A stretch of DNA of 64,000 bases from Octopus bimaculoides (lineage: Eukaryota), in contig NC_068981.1 in assembly GCF_001194135.2 (NCBI RefSeq), positions 167,017,549 to 167,081,548 of the forward strand. The letters are read 5' to 3'. The stretch's first letter is position 1; every line of letters begins with the position of its first letter. Position numbers and translations under genes: made by a program. Below the pieces are notes generated by a model. That model saw only the letters and a list, made by a program, of their open reading frames with translations, was not told where the DNA came from and made no database searches. Below are positions 26,298 to 38,130 of this stretch, piece after piece.

Positions 26298-27584
26298 TAC
26301 AGGGTGATCCAAAAGTCACTGATGGGTTTCAATTTTTTAATAACTTCCTTAACTTTATAAATAAATGCATGAAATTTTGATACAATAAAAAGAACACATT
26401 GGAAATTAATATGCACAAGTCAAATTTTGCAACACCATCACATATGAAAATGACATTGCTTAGATGGCAGCCGCACCATAACACCCTCGAGTTTCAGACC
26501 CCACTTCTCTGATTTCTCTATTAATGTTCTCCTTCAGTTGCACCAGGGTCTCCAGTTTGTTGACGTAAACCGTCTCTTTCAGGTGTTCCCACAAGAAAAA
26601 ATCCAGTCTAGTCAAGTCTGGGGAAGATGAAGGCTAGTTGACATTGACATAGAGGGAGATTGTTCTCTCGCCAAAGCACTGCCGTAACAACTGCATTGTT
26701 TCTCTTGCGGTATGAGAAGTTGTTCTACCTTACTGGAACCACATGTGAGGTCTATTTTGAATGGCCTTCACGTTCCCCAGACTTGACTAGCCTTGATTTT
26801 TTTTTTTTTTTTCTTGTGGAGATACCTGAAAGAGAGGGTTTACATTAACAAACCTGAGATCCTGGTGCAACTGAAGGGGAACATCATCATCATCATCATC
26901 ATCATCGTTTAACGTCCGCTTTCCATGATAGCATGGGTTGGACGGTTTGACTGAGGACTGGTGCAAACGGATGGCTACACCAGGCTCCAATCTAATTTGG
27001 CAGAGTTTCTACAGCTGGATGCCCTTCCTAACGCCAACCACTCAGAGAGTGTAGTGGGTGCTTTTACGTGTCACCCGCACAAAAATGGCCACGCTCGAAA
27101 TGGTGTCTTTTATGTGCCACCCGCACAAGAGCCAGTCCAGGGACACTGGCAACGATCTCGCTCGAAAACCCTACAAGGCCAGTCAGGCGGTACTGGCAAC
27201 GGTCACGCTCAGGATGGTACATCTTATGTGCCACCCGCACAAGAGCCAGTCCAGAGGCCCTGGCAACGATCTCACTTGGCTTGCCGGGTCTTCTCACGCA
27301 CAGCACATTTCCAAAGGTCTCGGTCAGTAGTCATCAATAGAAAAATCAGAAGTGGGGTCTGAATCTCTTGAAAGTGTTATGGTGCCAATTTTGGAAAGTG
27401 CATGGGTGTGCAAAGCCAAAAATGTCATTTTTCATATGTGATGTAGTGGCATTGCAAAATTTGACTTGTGCATATAAATTCCATTATGTTCTTGATACTG
27501 TATCAAAATTTCATGCATTTATTTGTAAAGTTAAGGAAGTTATTAAAAATTGAAACCCATCAGTGACTTTTGGAACACCCTGTA
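26298..27584. mobile_element. IS630/Tc1/mariner-family fold-back element with ~340-bp inverted arms, interrupted by a retroposon
   Basis: TA-CAGGGTG...CACCCTG-TA. Both arms carry WPS.SPDLT.LDFFLW..LKE.VY.NK in opposite orientations. Confidence 0.9.
26882..27336 (-). mobile_element. Young RTE-3'UTR-derived retroposon with (GAT)n tail
   Basis: (CAT)n tail followed by gtttaacgtccgctttccatg. CATCA is duplicated at both ends. Nearly identical to 45428-45707 and 46008-46192. Confidence 0.88.
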
Positions 27585-28730
27585 GATAATATTAAGTCAT
27601 ATGCTATTTGTATCCTCTAACTAATTCTGTCTAGTTTATTTTCCAGCTTCAATAATCTGTTCTAAGAACAAGGCTAGTCCTAGTAGGGATGCTAGAATTG
27701 TCAGACCAAGCAATTTAGAATGACACCATCATTAAAAATATACCAGTATCTAAAAACATCAGCTGTTTGATACCATTATTACTGACACTACTATGCTTCT
27801 CTGTATGAAGCAGTAAGTGATTTTGTATGCAAGTTACACGTAGTATTAGATAATTTCTTAGAGATGTAGATAATTGTGAATTGAGATTTCAAACTACTTA
27901 AGGTCATAGTAGTTTGATAGTTTTGGAGAGATAATTTTTTTTTTTTTTTAAATTTTGAAGACCTTGTGTCTATACTGAACTAGTCATATCTTCATGTAAT
28001 GGTATTGTTACAGTGGTTAATTTATGGGACTACTGACTTCATCCTTTTTAGTGGGAAATGATTTGATGTGGACACTGTATGTCTTTCCCCTTGCTGTTGG
28101 GTTGGTTACCATGTCACACAGCCATCACTGTTTGTGGCCAGATATGACAGGTTTTTAAACAACTTATTGCGTCCTGGACAAGATGCAGACCATAATATCT
28201 CTGAACAGAATGAAAGCGTAATGCTTTTTACGTATTGGAAACCAAATTTGCTCTTTAGAATAACCATAAAATTCATATTATTTAGAATTCATACCTACCT
28301 GCTGTATTTCTCTTTTCAGCTTACTTGCTAACCCATATCTTATGCTATGGAGGTTCCTCCCTACTATCATTTAAATAGTTTCATTCTTAGACATCTGCAT
28401 TTAACCCGTAAAGACTAATTTTGGCAAACTTCAGTCTCAAATGAGTGGCCACAAGCTAGTAGTTAAATATCCTACACCAAGGAAATGTCACACCACGGTA
28501 CCTGAAGCATGATCAGTGAAGGAAATCAGGTCACTTTATTCAGAATGTCTATCTAGATAAATTCTCACCCTACCATCACACTGTGAGTACCTTCAGAAGA
28601 ATGATGCCAGGATGAGAGACTTGACAACAACCTTTTGGGACAATGGACTCTGCAGGCTAGGTTGGTAACTTAAATGGACATATTGAGGATATTGTAATGA
28701 TTATTCTGATGTATATGGTGGCTATAGTTA

Positions 28731-30420
28731 TCTTAATATATAAATCTGAAATTGTGTGTTTGTGTGAAGCCTTTTTGAAAGTTTATAGAAATCCACATTT
28801 TCCACTTTTTCGTAAAAATGTTTACATCAATGGAATTTTCTCGATCTGAACTTTCCAGTGCAGTAATTAGATTTTTAAAATTCCGTTTACTTTGTGTGAT
28901 TTAAGGGAGATTTGGCTGTCGTTTCTAGCAACATTTATATTCCTTCCCTTCTCCCTGTACCGGCGTTGTTATAGGGAGTAAGAGTAAAAGAGGGAGAGAG
29001 AGAGAAAGTGATACATACAAAGTCATAGATTAACTTGGTTACATTTTACACTCTTACTTCTTCTTCCTCTCTCTAATATAATACCTTTCCTCTACCTCTA
29101 ACATATTTTTCATANNNNNNNNNNNNNNNNNNNNNNNNNNNNNNNNNNNNNNNNNNNNNNNNNNNNNNNNNNNNNNNNNNNNNNNNNNNNNNNNNNNNNN
29201 NNNNNNNNNNNNNNNNNNNNNNNNNNNNNNNNNNNNNNNNNNNNNNNNNNNNNNNNNNNNNNNNNNNNNNNNNNNNNNNNNNNNNNNNNNNNNNNNNNNN
29301 NNNNNNNNNNNNNNNNNNNNNNNNNNNNNNNNNNNNNNNNNNNNNNNNNNNNNNNNNNNNNNNNNNNNNNNNNNNNNNNNNNNNNNNNNNNNNNNNNNNN
29401 NNNNNNNNNNNNNNNNNNNNNNNNNNNNNNNNNNNNNNNNNNNNNNNNNNNNNNNNNNNNNNNNNNNNNNNNNNNNNNNNNNNNNNNNNNNNNNNNNNNN
29501 NNNNNNNNNNNNNNNNNNNNNNNNNNNNNNNNNNNNNNNNNNNNNNNNNNNNNNNNNNNNNNNNNNNNNNNNNNNNNNNNNNNNNNNNNNNNNNNNNNNN
29601 NNNNNNNNNNNNNNNNNNNNNNNNNNNNNNNNNNNNNNNNNNNNNNNNNNNNNNNNNNTATATTTCTTACCTTCTACCTGTACACACAATCATTGACAAC
29701 AATATAACTCATGTTCGTCAATGTTTGGTAAATATACCACGATTTTCACTAGGGTGTTAGGGTTCGGGTTTTAGGGTTAGGGTTTAGGGTTAGGATTAGG
29801 GTTAGTGTTACGGTTAGGTTTAGGGTTTTAGGGTTAGGGTTGGGTAATCGTGCGGGTGTTAATCTGAAAAATTACAGATATGTGAAAAGTACCGACCCTG
29901 CCATCTATTATAACTTTTGTTGTTCTATTTAATATATACATAGATTATGTCTCCAAAGAGAGTATGCTAGGGAAAGAAAGCAACCAGTTTAAAATGACAG
30001 CAACAGACTGCAGCTATTCACCACATTCCAGAAGCTACTTTGAACATAATGCAAAATGGTGCATCAACATCTTCTGCCTAATCTGATAGAATTCTGGCAA
30101 AACTGTGTAGCAACAGATCGCCAGCAATTGCTTCATCAGAAATTGCCATCCTACCTCCTACTAAAAGGGATTACCCTGCTATATATATAATCAGGGCAAC
30201 ACAAAAAGTTGTTTTGCACAAGCATTTCTACAGCCAATTAGACGGATGAAATTTACGTACGCTTAATAATGTTACGCCTTCAGACTTTCCCTATTAATTT
30301 CATCGTCTTTTGAATTATGAACATATTTACATCATAAGTGTTTTTTCGTTGTAAGTCTTTCTTTTTTATCGTAGATGGCGTAATAAGTCACACCCGGACA
30401 ACGTCGGGTTATACTGCTAG
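28731..30420 (+). mobile_element. Probable non-autonomous Helitron
   Basis: 5' A|TC(ttaatatataaa), 3' GC-rich hairpin cccggacaacgtcggg (30393-30408) followed by CTAG|T at 30417-30421. CpG-rich relative to flanks. Contains a 544-N gap, so the two ends belonging to one element is inferred. Confidence 0.7.
29750..29845 (+). repeat. Degenerate telomere-like (TTAGGG/TTTAGGG)n interstitial array
   Basis: Direct reading: tagggtgttagggttcgggttttagggttagggtttagggttaggattagggttagtgttacggttaggtttagggttttagggttagggttgggt. Confidence 0.9.
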
Positions 30421-30459
30421 TAGTACATAAAATGAAAAGGGATCAAGGTTCATGGAGTT

Positions 30460-31260
30460 TTGTGATATTAAAGACCTACTATTTGCAAGACTAACTTAAA
30501 AAAAATCAACCAATCATCTGATATGCAAATACCATAAATCGGATGAACTTTCAAATGCCTCATGAAATGAGAAAGACATGTGAATACTGTCTTTTGTTCT
30601 CCATTATCATTCCCCATAGATTTGTGATGATGGTACTTGTCCTTACTAATGTCAAAGAAGCACAGACGTGTTACCATAGAAAGTTGTTCTGTAGTCTGGT
30701 GATCACTAAGAAAACTTAACCATTTGAATCCTGTGCCTGGTCTCCTGAGCCATTTGTGATTGGTTTTGACAGGGATTAGTGGCAAGGCTGTCATGGCATA
30801 TATGCTACAATTTACAAACTCAGTTGGCTTAGTCTTGACATTTATGCTCGGCCTGTGCTGATGGTATCTGCATTGTCTTTGCTGGAATTTAGTTTTGTAG
30901 TGCCATGCCCCCTTTCACATTGCTGGATTCATTATCTGAATCATTTTTGCTGTCACTACCTTCGCTTCCTGAACAGATTTCAAGTCACTATCCGGGAAAT
31001 CTGCATCATTTTCAGTGTCTAATTCACTCCAATATTTCAAGCACTCGACAAGCAGAGTATGGCTTCTGGCTCTTGCATTTTGATCTTGACAGCCCATGCT
31101 CATTTTCACACTGGGATTCATTTCATTGTGAAATCTCCTTATTTCTACAAGAACATGCTGCCAAAACAATTGCACAGGGTGCAGATATATCTTATTTTTG
31201 GGTATAACAGATGTTCTGATTGGTTAATCAAAACAGGGTTAAAACCTACATAATCAAACA
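30460..31260 (-). mobile_element. Decayed CR1/L2-like LINE RT fragment
   Basis: Frameshifted motifs FKWLSFLSDHQ and LCFFDISK resemble RT subdomains. Confidence 0.55.
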
Positions 31261-31419
31261 CCTGTGGTATTCAATGATCCTGCAGAATTTTACTGGTGCT
31301 ATGGCATGTGCAGGCCTACGATTATCATCGCTATACCAGTGTTACAGGTTCTAAGGATTAAATGAAGATAACTTGTTCAGTTCTCAGAAATCATTTTTGT
31401 ACAGATATGCTGTTAGCAA

Positions 31420-32000
31420 GGTGAATCTTCTGTAAAGAATTTTGGAATGTAGGTTGGCATCTATAAGGGCCCAGTTCTGGTTGTAAGCTGACGTAGTTTT
31501 CATTGCAAAATCATTTAAAGAACTAGGGAAGTAAAACCTAGGGTTGAGAGGTTTTAAAGGAAATCTATCAAAGACAGAAGTCTTATTCAGAAAAGACTGG
31601 AATTTATTGCCATCTGGAAAGTGGCCATGCTCAATGTGCAGTAAAAGAATTGGTAGAAATTTCATGTATAAAGTACGGGTGTAGTGGAACAACAAGCAAA
31701 CTCAGAGAGAGAGTAGGAGTAAAAATAGTTAGCAATGAGGGCACCCATGAAATACTTCCAAATGCTTGGCGGGTACTTTAGCAGCTGAAAGCTTCTGTTA
31801 GGTGGTCTAATTGACAGTGGATGAGAACATTTTGAAAGCCTTGTAGTCTAACAATAGAATAGAAAAAGTTCAGCAAACTATTACCTCTTTAGCATGATGA
31901 CATAGGGTGGATGGGTCATCCTGGTGAGTCCACAGTTATTACCTGCCTGGATGAAATGGAGGACTGTGTGTAACTTGTATGTTCCATTTTTTTTTTTAAT
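31420..32000 (+). mobile_element. Decayed RTE LINE fragment
   Basis: + strand reads L*ADVVFIA...NLSKTEVL...PSGKWPCSMCSKRIGRN, paralogous to the 4775-5347 ORF. Confidence 0.75.
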
Positions 32001-32210
32001 GGTTTCTATTGCTGAGTGCCCTTCTAACATCAGCCACTTAGCTATATACTGCATCTATTTGATTGTTGCATCATCATTAGAGGTTATTATGCTCCAAGGA
32101 ATAACAAGGAGTCCTTGATCCTATATGATCCTTCATTTGTACACCATTTACTTAACAGATTGTACTGGGTACATTTTATTATGACACCAAGCACTAGTGA
32201 GGCTGCCTTA

Positions 32211-33385
32211 TATTGGGTTCACTGAGAAAATTTTTGTCCTCATACATTTAATCTTATGTTTTATCAAAAATTTTAAATCATTGATACATTCTCCATTGTT
32301 CATGACTTTTTGCCCATGTTCCACTAGCTTGTTAATGACAGTGTTAAAAATCACCGGGTTTTAACTCAGAGAATTTATGGAGGCACATTCTCATTCCACA
32401 TCATTGTTGAACAAAATGCTTCACAGACTGTTGGAGAGCAACTGAAAGGTGATAATTAAAGGTGCTATATCAGGAGAATACAGTAGATGTAGTAGAACTT
32501 TCCCACTAAGCACTTGAATAGCATTTTTGATCAAATTAGCAACATGGGGTTTTTTGTTGCTATGTTGAAGAAGCATGCAATGTTTTGGGTCAGGTTGTTT
32601 CAGCTGGATTTCCATGTTGAGCCAGTGCATTTGCTGAACACATTGACCATGTGATTGTTTTTGAGTATTTCGTAACAGATTATCCCTTACCAATCCTACC
32701 AAACACAGATCTTGGGCTTGCTTTTCTGTCATTTTCCCCTCTACTTCATATTGACATAGATGCACTGTTTTTCATTGCCAGTGATGTGGTAAAGAAATTT
32801 GTGTGTGTACAAGTAACCAGGTGTTGAGCAAGCAAATTGGTGATAAGAGAGCACTGAAATTTGTCTCGTTTAGAGTGTGTGGCACCCATCTACAGAGTTT
32901 TGGAACCTTACTCTTTGAGTGAAGGGTGATGTTAACATGAGAGCATCCCATATGGATCCTTGTCATGAGCTCATTCAATTAACCTTCATTGAAGTGAGCA
33001 AGTCAGCTGCAATGTAGAGTACTTGAGATCGAACATCTCCTTGGAGCATGAAAACCATTTCTGTGCAATTCTTTCTGTAATAGTGCCTTCTCTGTACGCA
33101 ACATAAATATCTCAAGTGACTTTGGCAGGTTTGGAACCTTGATTCGAAGAGAAGCAGGTGTTGAAAATGATAAATTTTCCTTTTTTTAAAAAAAATTTTT
33201 TTTTTACTTTGCATTCAGAAAAGAGGTAAAATTTATTCAACTTTTCAAAAATGATTAATAAGTGTTGTAGAGGAAGAACTGAGTTATAAAGAAATCTATA
33301 AAACACTGATAAAAAAAAAAAAAAAATTTGTGTTTATTCAAATAACAATGTTAAGAAACCAACCATTTTATCTGATTAGTCAATA
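32211..33385 (-). mobile_element. Degenerate mariner transposon
   Basis: WVPHTLNE and YSPDIAP motifs in broken frames, with weak TIR remnants at both ends. Confidence 0.85.
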
Positions 33386-33429
33386 TCTTCTAAGACTAAA
33401 GTGTACTCTTCTGCACTATGACTTTTTCA

Positions 33430-33569
33430 CAGTGGTTCCCAATCCTTTTATTTAAATGAGTTTTTCCATGGACCCCTTTTAATATTCTTATCCTTGTGTA
33501 AATATATGAAATTTTGAATTTAGTTTGCTGACCATCAGGGGTCAGCAGACCCCAGGTTGGGAACCACTG
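33430..33569. mobile_element. hAT-type MITE
   Basis: Termini cagtggttcccaa / ttgggaaccactg. No TSD recognisable. Confidence 0.7.
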
Positions 33570-34554
33570 ACCGAGAGGATGGACAGCCAACTATGATGAG
33601 GGTAGAAAAGAGTGTGATAGGAAAGATAGAGTAATTAGAGTGAGAGAATGGTAGAGGAGGGGAACAATGGAAGAGAGAGTGATGCCAATAACAAGGAGAA
33701 GAGTAATGACTGACAGTAGAGAAGGGTGATGATTCGGTGTATCAAAAACAATCTCATATTACATGCAGAAGAGTATTACCTAAATTACAGTTGATGGGTA
33801 ATCAAATAATGAAGACAAAAGATTTGGAGTGAATAGCTTATGATCTATATCAGCAAAGTTCCAAGGTCAACATGCACAATCAATAATGATGGTAAGCTTG
33901 ATGGTGAAGAACTAAATTTCATGATGAGTAAGGGCTGCTCAGTAGTTTGAGAAGATGAAGCAAAGAGTTATGTTATGGTGCAAAGTATACTTTGCAATAG
34001 TATTTGTACACCCTGTTGTATGAATTGGAGGCTTGAATGTAACACTGCAAGCATAAAAAAAAAACAAAAACTGCACACATTCATGCTAAGGTGTTAGGGG
34101 CAGATAATGAAAATCACTTGAAAAGACAAGGTCAACAACTCCATTATTCTAAAGAAAACCAAACTCCCTAGCATGGAAGAGGTATTGGGTGAAATGAAAC
34201 CTCTGCTGGTTTGGAGATATCCATCCAAAGAATGGCTAAAATACTCTTTTTACACTGGGTTAGGAGTATGAAAGAGCAGAATAGACTTCAACTAAGATAC
34301 AAGAATGTAGTTAAACACACCATGAGGAGATTGAAGATTTGATTTCTACAGCTGAACCACACTGGTTCAGAAAAGAAACTTGCGGAGGAGAGTGATCAAT
34401 TTTTGGCACTCAGACTCATAACTATATATTTGTCATTATCAACATTGACAGCCTATGGTGACTGATGATTTCACTAGTTTGGAAATGACAAAATGGTTCT
34501 TGCATACAATTATGGCGGAAAGTCTTAATTTACATACAGAACACTTTAAACTTG

Positions 34555-35952
34555 AATAAATATTCACTGCACCAAATGTAAGCTATGGACTCATAAGAGA
34601 TGCAGTGGAATCACAGGTAGATTAACAGATGAGGTCACCTTTGTGCGTAGCAGATGTGCAGGAACAATAAGCACAAGAACATATGGGACTTGGACTCTCA
34701 AATGTCCAGGTGGTTGTAGAGAGTTTCTGTTACCTAGGTGACCAAATTAGCAATGGGAGTGGATGCTCTGGAAGTATTGTTTCTAGAATATGAATAGGAT
34801 GGAAAAAGTTCAGAGATCTACTACTTCTGTTGGTAACAAAAGGACTTTCTCTTAGAATGAAAGGTAGATTGTATGATGCTTATGTTCAAAGGCTATACTC
34901 CATGGTAGAGAGACATGGGCTTTGAATGCAGAGGATATGTATTGACTAGAGAGGAAGGAAGGTAGTATGCTCTGCTGGATGTGCATGAATGACAAAGCAT
35001 AAATGTGTTGAGAGATAAGATGAATCAAATGCAGCATGTATGAGGGGACATGATGTGTATGAATGAAGACAACTGTATAAAGAAGTGTCAGTCACTGAAA
35101 GTGGATGGCACATGAGGAAGAGAGAGACCCAGAAAGATATGGGATGGAGTGATGAGGACTGATCTGAGGGTGTTGCGGCTCGTGGAGGAAACGACAATGG
35201 ACTGAGATGTCTGGCAATATGAGTGAAGACCTGCCCACATCAGCGAATCTGAGCTCTAGAAGCATTGTGTTCCACCCACACATAACAATAAAATTTTCAC
35301 ACGCTCTACCCCAACAAACCAAACTACATCCCCGTTTCCCAAACTGTTTCTTTTCTCTTCCTCTTTATACATTATGATTATTTCTACTTCCAAATCTAGC
35401 TTTCACTACCCTGCTTGCAATATCATTGCTTCCGCCCATCCCTTCCATATATTCTGATTATTCCCCTGCACTCCTTACTCGCAACTTCTTGGCAATACCC
35501 TGCCAGCACCTATCTCTCTCTTCCCTACTCTACTATCCCAACTGCGCCCTGATCCCCATTTCTTGTAAGTATACCCTGGCACTTGCCACCATTCCTCTCC
35601 TGCTCTTGCTATCTCCTACTCTCTCTCCCTCTGGCTGAGTAATCATGTATTTCCTCTACAGCAACAAGCCTGTTTCTGCCCTCATTCTTGTTAACTCTTG
35701 CTCTCTCTTGTTGGGTAACCATGTACCTCCTTTACAGCAAGACATCTGTTTGTCTGTCACACTTTAACCGTTCATCATAACACAAGATCACCTCCTCCAC
35801 TGCCCCTTCCCCCTCTCAAAGAATCCTTGTCATGCAGAGTTACTTGGTGACCTTGCCATTGCAGGTGCCACTTAAAAGCACAGTTCACACTGTAAAGTGG
35901 TTAGCATTTGGAAGGGCATCCGGCTGTAAAAAAACCAGGCCAAAACAGACAG
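34555..35952 (+). mobile_element. 5'-truncated RTE LINE 3' end
   Basis: IHCTKCKLWTHKRCSGITGRL and VESFCYLGDQIS, then a pyrimidine-rich 3' UTR and the family tail motif gaagggcatccggctgta. Confidence 0.85.
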
Positions 35953-35956
35953 AATT

Positions 35957-36373
35957 ATTTCAGCATAAGAAGTTTAATATCAACCAAAATTTTCTTTTAG
36001 CTTTTCACATTTAGATTATCAAAAAATATCATGGAATTTATCAAACAAAATATAGAATATTTAGCAACTGGTTATTTCAATTTTACTTTCCTTAGATGCA
36101 ATTGAAGCTTTCAACACAGTATATCATCAACATTGTTTAACATCCTCCTTTCATGCTGGCACAGGTTTGACGGTTTGACAGGAGGATGTTAAACGATGAT
36201 GATGATGATATATTGTGTTGAAAGCTTCAATTGCATCTAAGGAAAGTAAAATTGAAATAACCAGTCGCCAAATATTCTATATTTTGTTTGATAAATTCCA
36301 TGATATTTTGATAATCTAAATGTGAAAACCTAAAAGAAAATTTTGGTTGATATTAAACTTCTTGTGCTGAAAT
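35957..36373. repeat. ~193-bp inverted duplication with 30-nt loop
   Basis: 35957-36149 is the reverse complement of 36180-36373, with roughly ten differences. Confidence 0.93.
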
Positions 36374-37689
36374 TTCTTTGCTTGTTGACACAAGAAATTA
36401 TCAACATTAAAACTGTTAATTCTAAGTCAAAAATATCTAAAATATGAAGGAAGTGAAGAAGTATTCAATGTTTTATTGACTGGTGTACAATTTTAGTAAA
36501 ACAAATTAAGAGTAAAAAAAAAAGTTACATTAGGTTCTCTGAATAATAAAATGCTTGACGAACTTGAACAGGGAATTACTTGAGTGATATTCATTGCATA
36601 CACATTCAAGTAAAAATACTCCAAAAGCTAGCGTTCTTTTCTTTATAAAAATTCCAAATAGAAATGTTTCTGTGTTAAAAAATAAAATGTAAATAAAAAG
36701 GAAAACACATTCTTTTAGCAACCAATATCATAACAGAAGCAAGAAACAAATTAAACCCTTGCTTGATTGTTTTAGAAGTGTAGATGTGAAGATTAAAAAA
36801 CTTAAAAAGAAAAAAGTTAATTTTTTTTTTAGTGCACTTGGGAAGTGGAGGTTCTCAAGGAAAGGTTTAAAATCACTGTTAAAACATAAAGTGATATTGA
36901 AATCTTGCAAACGGAATAAATTTAAAGCAGCTTTACTCTGATAAAGTTGGCATTTTCAAAATAAACAATTCTTCATAGTAACGGCTTTAAAAAAAGTGAA
37001 GATATTACAAAGTGTATAAAATAGATTCAAGATTTAAAGAACCTCATTAGTAAGTAAAAGCAAGCTGTCATAATAATCAATGTTATTCAAAGACTCTTTA
37101 GTAATGTAGCTGCCATACAAAAGATGATTACAATTTAGAGTCAATATCAAGAAATATTTTCTTTATATAAGTAGAGATTGTTTATCACATAACCAGAGTC
37201 ATCATATCTTTGATAGGTTTCTCAATACTATAGCTGTCAAAGAAGCAAAGACAACAAGGAATCAACAGTGTTGTTGAATATTTTTCTTCATCCCCATTCT
37301 AATGTCAATATGTAAGATCAATACTATAGCTGTCAGTGAAGTTTAAAAGAAAATTATTTACATCTTAGATTACTTGGTTCATTTGTTGGCAGCTCTGCTA
37401 ACTGCAGACAGCATGGTTTAATGGATAACAATAGATAAATTAAATAGGAAAGATTTAAATCATGATGTGAAGATCATAGTACAACCATCAGCAGTCCTAA
37501 AGTTTTCCCAGAGAAGGGTTGAGCAGTTTAAGACATTATTCTTTAAAATATAAAGTGTAATCAGTTTGGTGCCTCACCACCACCTAAATGAGGAAAATAA
37601 ACTATATATGATCAATTACATTTTATAAAATACAGGGTGACTTGCTTATGACCTTTGCTGACCTTCTAGATTGAAGTTGATGCAATCAA

Positions 37690-38130
37690 CGTTCCTCTTC
37701 CACCTTTTGAAAGTCAACACTTGTGGGAAAGATATGAGCTGGGAAGGAATTCCAGAGGACTAACATTCTTTGGAAGAAAGGGTCGGGTATAGTGAGGCCT
37801 GGTGGAAGGAGCACAAGCCCAACCCCACCCAGGTCTTGCTTTAATCACTGCACCCAAATGAGAAGAGACAGACAAGTAGGAGGGAATATTTGAATGGAGG
37901 TGGCACGTGGCTAGCTAGATCCAAGGAGCAGAGGCTATTATAGTAGTAGCAGAAAAGGCAGAGATAGGAGACAGCATGATTGTGGACCAGTAGCTGGAAT
38001 ATATCTATGAGTGACTTTAGGCTGATTAGTTGAGTAGCTCTTTTCTGGATGCAGTCTAGGATGTTTGTATGTGTAGTGGCACCATCCCAGACAAAAGAAC
38101 AATACTTCATTGTGGTTCTCACTTAAGCTT
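37690..38130 (-). mobile_element. CR1/L2-type LINE 3' fragment
   Basis: RTTMKYCSFVWDGA...LDCIQKRA...SYLCLFCYYY..CS.DL, followed by FLPKN..LWNSFP..IFP. Confidence 0.8.

Noticed and set aside
26961-27362. Overlapping ORFs of 80-133 aa as a gene
   Set aside because: They lie wholly within a GC-richer retroposon tail that recurs at 45428 and 62690.
29750-29845. True chromosome end or telomere
   Set aside because: The array is short, degenerate, internal and flanked by ordinary sequence on both sides.
36400-37600. A-rich stretch with a coding-like look (possible decayed transposase or helicase)
   Set aside because: I could not read any diagnostic motif, and all frames are broken.
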